Shown piece by piece: positions 57,051-64,000 of a DNA stretch of 64,000 nucleotides. Within the stretch, counting starts at the first letter, position 1. Every line of letters begins with the position of its first letter. Location: positions 1-64,000 of the IMG/VR virus record IMGVR_UViG_3300047160_020067; one strand, written 5' to 3'. The notes under the pieces were generated by a model. That model was not told the DNA's origin. It saw only the letters and a program-made list of their open reading frames with translations, and did not search any database. The translations under genes and the position numbers were made by a program. The DNA is from a virus.

Positions 57051-58621
57051 TAGCGAATTCCGCCTGTTGGGGCGTGCCCGCTCTGATGCGCGTGTTCTCC
57101 AAGCATCGCCATGTCGTTAGCGAAGGCTACAGCTATCCGATCGGGATCAAACCCTTCAGCAAACTGCTGTTTAATATCGAAGCGCGACCCACGGAAGTCA
57201 TACACGCGTTTTTGCTTTTCTGTATATGCGTCCTTAAGTTGCGAGTATACTTCCTTGTACAGTTCGGGTGTCGCTAATTTACCCATGCGCTTGATGACAT
57301 CCATTGCTGTGCCGCCGAGGGCGTCCATAGCCATTACTAGTTTTTCAGGGGACGCGCTACCAGATAAGACTTGCATACGTTTTTGCGCGAGATGCACCTC
57401 ATGAGCGAGCATTAATCGCTTTTCTTCTTCTTCGTGTGTGGCATCAATCGCATTTTGAACGCTGCCGCGTTCTTCAACTTTTGCACGAAGATGCTCCATT
57501 GCGGCTTCAGCTTCCGCTTCTGTAATGACTTTAGCCTCTAGTAATGACTGAACGTGCGCACCAAGCACATTGTTAAATTGCGTTTGCTTTTCTAATCCTG
57601 CGTGTAATGGCAATGCCTCAATTGTTTTTGCTTCTTGGTCGAGGGTTGCATTTAATTTAGCTTCGTGGTTCGCTCTGTCTACTGTTGTTGCAATACTATG
57701 CTCTGCGGCTTGTTTCAATTTGTCAGTAAATTCCGCCATTTGTTCTGGTGGAACGCCGACGCGTCGAGCGGCTTGAATCAAGCTATTGTTAAACTGGTCC
57801 ATCGCATCGCCAGTTTGATCGGTTGGTAGCGCGGCAAGCGATTGAACCTCTTTAGCTATTTGGGCGCTGAGCTTGCGCTCGTGAGACATTTTGTCCCAAA
57901 CACCCCGCACTGCGGAATATTCTGCAGCATTTCTGTAGCCCAACGACTTCGCATAATTTTCATTACCCAACTTGACTTTTTCTATTGCTCGTTCTTCTTC
58001 AGTAGCTAGATCGTATAGCGTACCTAACACCGGTACGTATTTCATTAACGATTCTTCCATATCCTGCCCGCGTCTGCCCATACCTGCAAATACTTTATGT
58101 AGCGATTCTGCGCCTTCGTTTAACTTACCCCCTATTGCGTAGCCTACTTCAAAGGCACCACCAACAGCTACCGCCTTGCCGGATAAACTAGCAAGCCGTT
58201 CTCCTAGCTTTCCCGCTTTTCCGCCCATTGTTGCCATATCAGCTGCAGCCAGTTGAAGCGCACCGGCGTGACGAATTAAACTACCGAGAAAACTTTTTTC
58301 CTCGCCAATTAGTAACGCCGCCATAGCAGCGGAATTTCGATGCAGCGCATGTTCTTCATGCATTTGAACCCGCATGTGTACTTTGCGCTTACGCATCACC
58401 ATCATCATTTCGCGGTCTTCTTTGAACATCTCCTTTTCTTCTGGAGACAATCCACCGCGACCTTCACCGCCCCCCTGAGCCATAGGCCCAGCTTTTTGTA
58501 ACGCCTCTTGAGCCTTTTCAGCGCTCGCCTTAACTTGATCAGAAGCACGAGAAATTTGTGCTAACGGACCAGAAGCCTCGTCCACCGCAACAAATACCGT
58601 TTTCACCTCGTTCATCTGCAT
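57050..58621 (-). CDS. Tape measure protein (short)
   Basis: FVAVDEASGPL N-terminus, helical Ala-rich body, follows the chaperone pair. Confidence 0.75.
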   Translation of the reverse strand: MQMNEVKTVFVAVDEASGPLAQISRASDQVKASAEKAQEALQKAGPMAQGGGEGRGGLSPEEKEMFKEDREMMMVMRKRKVHMRVQMHEEHALHRNSAAMAALLIGEEKSFLGSLIRHAGALQLAAADMATMGGKAGKLGERLASLSGKAVAVGGAFEVGYAIGGKLNEGAESLHKVFAGMGRRGQDMEESLMKYVPVLGTLYDLATEEERAIEKVKLGNENYAKSLGYRNAAEYSAVRGVWDKMSHERKLSAQIAKEVQSLAALPTDQTGDAMDQFNNSLIQAARRVGVPPEQMAEFTDKLKQAAEHSIATTVDRANHEAKLNATLDQEAKTIEALPLHAGLEKQTQFNNVLGAHVQSLLEAKVITEAEAEAAMEHLRAKVEERGSVQNAIDATHEEEEKRLMLAHEVHLAQKRMQVLSGSASPEKLVMAMDALGGTAMDVIKRMGKLATPELYKEVYSQLKDAYTEKQKRVYDFRGSRFDIKQQFAEGFDPDRIAVAFANDMAMLGEHAHQSGHAPTGGIR

Positions 58622-58804
58622 TTACATATCCGTTTCCGGGTGCTCGGCTGCGACGACGCGTGAGATCTCATTCGTAAATGTTGCCAAGTCGTCTAGCGTC
58701 ATATTTTTAAGTTCCGATAATTGTTGTCCACCGTATCTGGCGCAGTACGCAAAAAGCTCCCATAAGCGCGTGTCAAGACCGCGACGCGCTTTTGCTTGGG
58801 CCAT
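58622..58804 (-). CDS. Tail assembly chaperone, frameshifted (GT) part
   Basis: Reached in the -1 frame from T-TTT-TTC at 58861-58855 with no intervening stop. Confidence 0.75.
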   Translation of the reverse strand: MAQAKARRGLDTRLWELFAYCARYGGQQLSELKNMTLDDLATFTNEISRVVAAEHPETDM

Positions 58805-58827
58805 TGCTACGGCGAGGACCGGTGTAC

Positions 58828-59181
58828 CTAGCCCGTCTGTACTTCCTCGCTCGCGAAAAAAGCGTCTTCGTCATCCTTGTTGGGGGAAGTCCGCTTGTTG
58901 TACGCTTGGAGGATGAGTGAACGTACTTTTTCCCCACAGCGCTCCCAGAACTTGTCGACGTCACCATCAGCGTAACTTACTGCCTGTCCATCAAGCTGTA
59001 CGATAGAACGCTTAGCCGCATCGTACTGGGTCCGCATGTACTCGGCGCGGCCAACACGATGTGCTTGTAGTTCATCGCTAGCCGTTAGCGCCTTCATTGT
59101 GATCTTTTCCGGAAGTTGATAGCCGTTGGCCATCTCCTTACGAATAGCTTCGGGAATCTTGTACGTATACATTTGTGCCAT
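58828..59181 (-). CDS. Tail assembly chaperone (G)
   Basis: Between tube and tape measure; GGAGG RBS; slippery heptamer near the 3' end. Confidence 0.8.
   Translation of the reverse strand: MAQMYTYKIPEAIRKEMANGYQLPEKITMKALTASDELQAHRVGRAEYMRTQYDAAKRSIVQLDGQAVSYADGDVDKFWERCGEKVRSLILQAYNKRTSPNKDDEDAFFASEEVQTG
58855..58861 (-). promoter_or_regulatory. -1 programmed frameshift slippery site T TTT TTC
   Basis: X XXY YYZ heptamer in the correct phase; the -1 frame reads FFRERGSTDGLGTPVLAVAMAQAK... Confidence 0.8.
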
Positions 59182-59204
59182 AGTCGAGCCCTCCTATTAG
59201 CTTT

Positions 59205-59639
59205 TTAGGTGCTGATGAATTCGAAATCAGACCCCTCGAATTCAAGCGTCAGTTCGCCGTAGTCCGAGCGGCTTCCGAAAACAAACGGTTGCTCGCCGAA
59301 GAAAACGTTATTCATTTGAACGCGTGGACGGTCACCATTAGGGAAGTTCAGCGTAGCCTTGATATTGATCTGCGTCCCCGGTTCGCGGCGGCGAGCGCGA
59401 TTCACTACCGACGCCATGAAATTCAGAAAGGTCTGATTTTCGACGTGTAGCGTCATACGGCCACGGATACCGCGAAAAATCTCGTCGCGGCGGTCCGTAG
59501 TCTCTCCCAGGTAGCCTTCGCGGAGCAGCTCGAGTTGAACCGCAACTTCAAATGAGCGGACGTCGGTAATGGTATCTTGTGGTTGGCCATCCACAACCAT
59601 AAGTACCTCCACCTCTTGGCCTTTTATCCGTTGGGCGAT
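59205..59639 (-). CDS. Tail tube protein (probable ATC start)
   Basis: GGAGG-N8-ATC GCC CAA CGG (AQRIKGQEV...); beta-rich ~144 aa upstream of the chaperone. Confidence 0.7.
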   Translation of the reverse strand: MAQRIKGQEVEVLMVVDGQPQDTITDVRSFEVAVQLELLREGYLGETTDRRDEIFRGIRGRMTLHVENQTFLNFMASVVNRARRREPGTQINIKATLNFPNGDRPRVQMNNVFFGEQPFVFGSRSDYGELTLEFEGSDFEFIST

Positions 59640-59640
59640 T

Positions 59641-60243
59641 TTAATATCCTCCGGCGATCCCGACGCTGAGCCACCTCGCAAGTAGCTTGTCGCCTTTTTT
59701 CGTATTACAAGGGCTGCAAGCAGGAACGATGTTATCCATCGTATGCGAACCTCCCCTAGCGATTGGCGTTACGTGATCCTGAGTCGGCTCGGAACACGGT
59801 GCTAAACAATACGCACAACGACCGCCGAAGTATTCAACGATCTCCCGCCATTGTTGTTGTGTAAGCGTTGATTCTGCCCCTTCTAGGCGAGCCCTCCTAC
59901 GCTCTTGGGAGTTTCTATGGTTTGATCTATATTTTTCGGTCGTAAAGTATTCTGGATGTGTTTTGAACCAACGCGCATAAGTAGCGCTGGTTTTATCGCG
60001 GTTTTTGCTCGCCCACCCTCGTTTATATGCATTCCACTGGTCTCGGTTGCGTGCATGCCACCGCTTAATTGCCGCGTTAATTGCTGGTTTTTCGCATTCC
60101 TTGCATTGGCTGCGCAGATACATATAACCAGCAACCGTGCGTGTTCTGAACGCCAAAGAAGGCAGCAAGCGGGCACACGTTGAGCATGTCGCATCAACGC
60201 CGGGAATACGCTTGCTAGATCCTACCTTTCTTCCTCGCGGCAT
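59641..60243 (-). CDS. Free-standing HNH endonuclease
   Basis: CAYC...QDHVTPIARGGSHTMDNIVPACSPCN; N-terminal CxxC...CKEC. Confidence 0.92.
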   Translation of the reverse strand: MPRGRKVGSSKRIPGVDATCSTCARLLPSLAFRTRTVAGYMYLRSQCKECEKPAINAAIKRWHARNRDQWNAYKRGWASKNRDKTSATYARWFKTHPEYFTTEKYRSNHRNSQERRRARLEGAESTLTQQQWREIVEYFGGRCAYCLAPCSEPTQDHVTPIARGGSHTMDNIVPACSPCNTKKGDKLLARWLSVGIAGGY

Positions 60244-60254
60244 TTCTACCCCCT

Positions 60255-60303
60255 AAAAATAAAAACGCGTGGCAGGTGCGGCTTTCGTCGCCTCTGCCAC
60301 GCG
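60255..60303 (-). terminator. Rho-independent terminator
   Basis: 10-bp stem cgcgtggcag/ctgccacgcg followed by TTTTTATTTTT on the minus strand. Confidence 0.8.
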
Positions 60304-60360
60304 CCCTATCCCTCGGGAGGGCTCTACCCGAGGTGCAGCCGTGGTTACTTACTGCCCTAA
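60255..60360 (-). ncRNA. Candidate ~100-nt structured small RNA or attenuator leader
   Basis: Bounded by the promoter and terminator; internal hairpin cctcggg-N9-cccgagg. Confidence 0.45.
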
Positions 60361-60366
60361 TTCTTT

Positions 60367-60394
60367 AGCCTATCCAACCTCTATCTATTGTCAA
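60367..60394 (-). promoter_or_regulatory. Sigma-70 promoter
   Basis: TTGACA-N16-TAGGCT. Confidence 0.6.
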
Positions 60395-60395
60395 G

Positions 60396-63300
60396 CTACT
60401 CCGACCCGACCATAAAATGCCAGGTGTACGCGGTACCAGTAACCAAAGCGGCGGTCGACGAATTTAACGTAAACGATCCAGCTGCTGGTGTATCAACATA
60501 GAGAGCCGCTGCCGCTGCGGCATTTGGGTCACCGGCGGAGAAACTTGGATGTACGGCGTTATTAAACGCTTGAGCAAACGTAATTGTAGCAATCGTTGCC
60601 GATGTTGCGGGAGCGCCAGCCGTTGTTACAACCATTGTAAAATAGTTGTCATTTCCAGTAATTGTAAAGGTTGCGCCTGTTCCTGCCCCCGTCCCCAAAA
60701 CTACGCTGGGGATGCCCACATGACTCGGTAACACGCCATGACTTGTTCCAACACCCTGACGTTCGATACGATTACCACGGTCATCTGTGAAACCGCTTGT
60801 CGAAAGATCCTGATAGGAACGCTTAAGCGTACCGACTTGCGTATCGTTACTGGTTTTTTCCGTCCAAGAAATCGCACCGTTGTTTGTATCAGGTACTGTC
60901 TTGTTCGGAGAGATCACGTCAACTGAGGTTGCGCTACTGTACACCGCGATGTAGAAAGTATCGTTGTTACCGATCGCCGCGGCACCAGTCAACGTTAGCA
61001 AATGACCAACCGAGGACGGAGTCATTCCCGTAAGACCAGTAACGCGCATTTGGCCCGCAGCAGCGCCGGACACGATATTTGCAGCCGCGCCGGTTTGACC
61101 GCCGATCGCGGTAGGCGGCGCTGCGACTGTTGCACCCGCCCCAACGAGCGCTTGTGATACGTTATCGGCGTGAACACCGACACCGCCACCGGCACCGAGT
61201 CCAGACATATCCGAAACACCAATATAAGATCCTTCAATTAACGAGACACAATCGGTAGTAAAATTACGACAATAAATTCGATTGAGCTGATCGAAATCGT
61301 TGGTCGTCGTGGTGCTAAGACCAGTAGAACGCCGAGCAAGCTTTATCGTAGACGCATCCCAAATCACGGGCTGTCCTACCGCGCCACCGGGGCGAATTGT
61401 AGAAAGGGAGTGTACTACGATGGAGGAAGACTTCATATCAACCGCAGCAGCTACTCTGGATAAATTATCTACTATCAATGTAGAGCCCGGCGACATAACT
61501 AACGGACAACGACTATTAGCCCGTGCGTCGAGCGTAAACGTGGTACCACTGACGCCTAAAGCCGACTTGCGCAGCGAAGACGCTGGGCTTGCAGGACCGA
61601 GAAAGGCTGTAAACACATCGTCGCTTGCTGCTAAGGCCTTAGACACCTCTAATAGCGAAGACGCGCCACTAACAGTGCAAGCTTCAAATTGTACTTGGCC
61701 AAATATTGTTATCCCGCCCGTCCATGAAATATTTTTCCACCCAACAGCAGATAAAGCTTCAGAAGTTGGGTTCATGGCGGTAGAAATAATTGTTGCTGGT
61801 TGGTCAACTCGGACAAGTGAGTTGACGATTAGGGCCGCACTCATCGGAGTATTCGGATGAAATACCGTACCAGCTGGTACGCTCCAATTGACTGTAGGAA
61901 CGGCTGCTGTACCGCCTGAACCGTAATCTGGCGTGGTGAACGTTGTAGAGGATACAACGTCGACAGTCGAGGCAGATAGCACATTTAGAATACAATATGT
62001 TTTGTTGTTGGCACCAGTTCCAGCATTAGTAATAACAATCAAGCGATTGATAAAATCACTTGTCATACCTGACAGACCAGCAATTCGGATAATACGATTT
62101 GTTCCAGCCCCGGGGCCCGTGGGAACAAGAAGTGCTGCCGCTGTACCAGATACCGGAGACGCCAGCGATTTAGTCGAGCCGCGAAGCATGGCGTTTTCGG
62201 CTGGTAGCTTATTTGGCGCACCTTCAGTCCATGTAATTGTACCGTTATTAGCATCTGGAACGACAGCATTAACGTTAGAGACATCCACCGAGGTAGCACT
62301 AACGTAATTGACAACCGGCCAAGTGCCGTTATTTGCCGCAGAAGCCGCACCGGAGATTGTTATAACGTTTCCAACTGATAGTTGACTCATACCAGTAAGA
62401 CCAGATAGACGCATACGACCAGCCGCGGCACCCGCAACAATGCTGGCGGCGCTGCCAGTCTGACCGGGAAACGCCACAGCGGCGCCCACGTTGACGAGTA
62501 AGGTCAGTGTAGACAAATAATAAGTATCATTGGCCGCTACACCAGTGGTAAGCGCCCCAATGTTTACTGCCTTTACGCTATCGGCGATATGCGTAACAGT
62601 TAGATCCCCAAGCTGAGATACGAGTTCACCAGCGTGATTTACCCCAACAGGTGGTTGAGATCCATCACCTTTACCATTACCGTACAAATTACCAAAATTC
62701 GGGCGGGACGAATTGGCTGGAAGCGTGTAAGTTCCAGGAGCAATCCTACCAAGCATAGTTTGAGAAAACCCATAAGCGTTGCAAAAACGACGAAAGTACT
62801 CAGCGAGAGTTTGTACCGGTTGAATAAGAACATATGTCGTTCCGTTAGCCGGAGTACCAGAAGTCGGGCTCGTCGTCGCGAGGAAGTTTTCGTTTAGATA
62901 AAATGTAGTAGTATCGTTTGCAATCACCCGTCGGCATTGTAACGTTTGAGTGCCGCTCGTAATCACAAGCAGATAACCACGATATTGATTCGCCGACATT
63001 GATTTAGTATTGTCGGTGAGGGAAAGTGCTGTAGCCGCAGTTGAACTACCAGAGAGTACAGGATCCGTTGGCGCTGAATCACTACCAAAAACCGGGTCAA
63101 CTGCGTATGTACCGTTAACACCAAAAAGAAGTACGTTATCGAGCTTACTTTTGTCGGCGCTGCTCAAAAATCCATTCGCAGAACCACTTGGGGCGGTAGC
63201 AGAAATAACCGTCCCGTGAAGGCTTCCGGCTCCCCGATTACCGTGTTGCGCATCAGAAATAACGCCGACAGCAAGACCTGATGCATTAGAGGTAAGCGAC

Positions 63301-63593
63301 GAGTCAGCAACCTTAGTGCCAAGACCGTTAATAGGATCGTCTTTTAGGCCGCCGTTAGGATCAAGTGAAATCTGGTTAGCCGGATTTGTGTTATGAATCG
63401 AAACTGGCTGCAAATCCCCAACAATTTCAAACTGAAGATTCGGTGACGTAAATTCTTTACCGCCAAGGTTTGCAATAACCGTTGGCATGTCGTTACTTAA
63501 AATCGCAGTTTGTCCTGGCTCCAAAATTCCGCTGTACGGAGGCGGAAATGTAAACATTGCCGAGCCAACGTTTCTCACTAGCGTACGTGCCAT
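60396..63593 (-). CDS. Large virion surface / fibre protein with a triplicated module
   Basis: Three copies of GQTG.AA.IV.GAAAG.MR..GLTGM...GA....NN.T..I....SATSVDV; beta-helix-like middle. Confidence 0.7.
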   Translation of the reverse strand: MARTLVRNVGSAMFTFPPPYSGILEPGQTAILSNDMPTVIANLGGKEFTSPNLQFEIVGDLQPVSIHNTNPANQISLDPNGGLKDDPINGLGTKVADSSLTSNASGLAVGVISDAQHGNRGAGSLHGTVISATAPSGSANGFLSSADKSKLDNVLLFGVNGTYAVDPVFGSDSAPTDPVLSGSSTAATALSLTDNTKSMSANQYRGYLLVITSGTQTLQCRRVIANDTTTFYLNENFLATTSPTSGTPANGTTYVLIQPVQTLAEYFRRFCNAYGFSQTMLGRIAPGTYTLPANSSRPNFGNLYGNGKGDGSQPPVGVNHAGELVSQLGDLTVTHIADSVKAVNIGALTTGVAANDTYYLSTLTLLVNVGAAVAFPGQTGSAASIVAGAAAGRMRLSGLTGMSQLSVGNVITISGAASAANNGTWPVVNYVSATSVDVSNVNAVVPDANNGTITWTEGAPNKLPAENAMLRGSTKSLASPVSGTAAALLVPTGPGAGTNRIIRIAGLSGMTSDFINRLIVITNAGTGANNKTYCILNVLSASTVDVVSSTTFTTPDYGSGGTAAVPTVNWSVPAGTVFHPNTPMSAALIVNSLVRVDQPATIISTAMNPTSEALSAVGWKNISWTGGITIFGQVQFEACTVSGASSLLEVSKALAASDDVFTAFLGPASPASSLRKSALGVSGTTFTLDARANSRCPLVMSPGSTLIVDNLSRVAAAVDMKSSSIVVHSLSTIRPGGAVGQPVIWDASTIKLARRSTGLSTTTTNDFDQLNRIYCRNFTTDCVSLIEGSYIGVSDMSGLGAGGGVGVHADNVSQALVGAGATVAAPPTAIGGQTGAAANIVSGAAAGQMRVTGLTGMTPSSVGHLLTLTGAAAIGNNDTFYIAVYSSATSVDVISPNKTVPDTNNGAISWTEKTSNDTQVGTLKRSYQDLSTSGFTDDRGNRIERQGVGTSHGVLPSHVGIPSVVLGTGAGTGATFTITGNDNYFTMVVTTAGAPATSATIATITFAQAFNNAVHPSFSAGDPNAAAAAALYVDTPAAGSFTLNSSTAALVTGTAYTWHFMVGSE

Positions 63594-63635
63594 GACTTAT
63601 CCTTTAATCATTACGGTGGCTTGCAATTAGTACAC

Positions 63636-64000
63636 TTACGCCCAAGCCATTACCTTAAACTTTTTGCCGGACGTCACCGTAAGGACAATGTTAGTACCGT
63701 CATGAGCGCCTTCCGTTACGGTATAAACCCCCACAGTTACTGGTGACGTATCCGTTGGAGCGGCAAATACTGCAGTAGGCGTTGTTCCAAGGCCATGCGC
63801 AATATTTTGCGGGGCACCGGTGCCGGTTTGCTCCGTCGAAATGAACATTGCGGTCTTAGCTTTAGTAATTTTGCCAGCGCCAACCGTAGCTGCCGGAAGA
63901 TTACCAGATAGATCGCCACCGAGATGCGAACCAGCGCCACCAGCACCGCTCGCGGCTAGTTTATCAAGTGCCGCACCAATACTCGCCGGAACCGTAGCGG
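63636..64000 (-). CDS. Partial structural protein (start lies beyond the window)
   Basis: Frame open from 63998 (ATVPASIGAALDKLA...GGDLSGNLP) to the stop at 63636; IAHGLGTTP motif. Confidence 0.7.
   Translation of the reverse strand, partial: ATVPASIGAALDKLAASGAGGAGSHLGGDLSGNLPAATVGAGKITKAKTAMFISTEQTGTGAPQNIAHGLGTTPTAVFAAPTDTSPVTVGVYTVTEGAHDGTNIVLTVTSGKKFKVMAWA

Noticed and set aside
60300-60360. HDV-like ribozyme or c-di-GMP riboswitch in the intergenic RNA
   Set aside because: CUGC-ACCUCGG-GUAG resembles P3/L3, but P1 is incomplete and P1.1/P2 could not be built. No convincing riboswitch consensus was found by eye.
59641-60395. Group I intron or IscB/OMEGA element around the HNH gene
   Set aside because: No interrupted exon pair or P7 core was recognised. 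The 200-aa protein has no RuvC or PLMP motifs.

Overview
This 64-kb window is part of a tailed dsDNA phage genome with a contractile tail (myovirus-type baseplate J, spike, hub, tube, short tape measure). A MYXO-CTERM-like sorting motif and a sigma-54-type promoter point to a Myxococcota host (inference). Layout: 1-32.7 kb is a leftward early/replication arm with a DNA-modification module (TET/JBP dioxygenase, TET-associated glycosyltransferase, ParB-like protein, second glycosyltransferase, HD hydrolase), an OmpA-domain protein, SbcCD, RecA, SSB, a UDG-PolA fusion, primase, helicases, an adenine MTase, a sigma factor and a MoxR/VWA pair. 32.8-35.7 kb is a short rightward nucleotide-metabolism operon (thyX, endonuclease VII, mazG, tmk). 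35.7-64 kb is leftward lysis and tail genes. The standout is an RNA-guided TIGR-Tas-like locus at 30.0-31.9 kb: a nuclease-less Nop-domain (TasA-like) protein and a 36-nt-period dual-repeat array (9-nt repeat / 9-nt spacer) split into three segments, with a SAM-methyltransferase-like gene between two of them. Other points: a triplicated Ala-repeat cassette gene, a GH75 chitosanase in the endolysin position, a GGQ-deleted release-factor pseudogene, a -1 frameshift in the tail chaperone, a probable ATC start codon for the tail tube, and a small structured RNA with its own promoter and terminator. All family assignments come from motif recognition by eye, not database searches.
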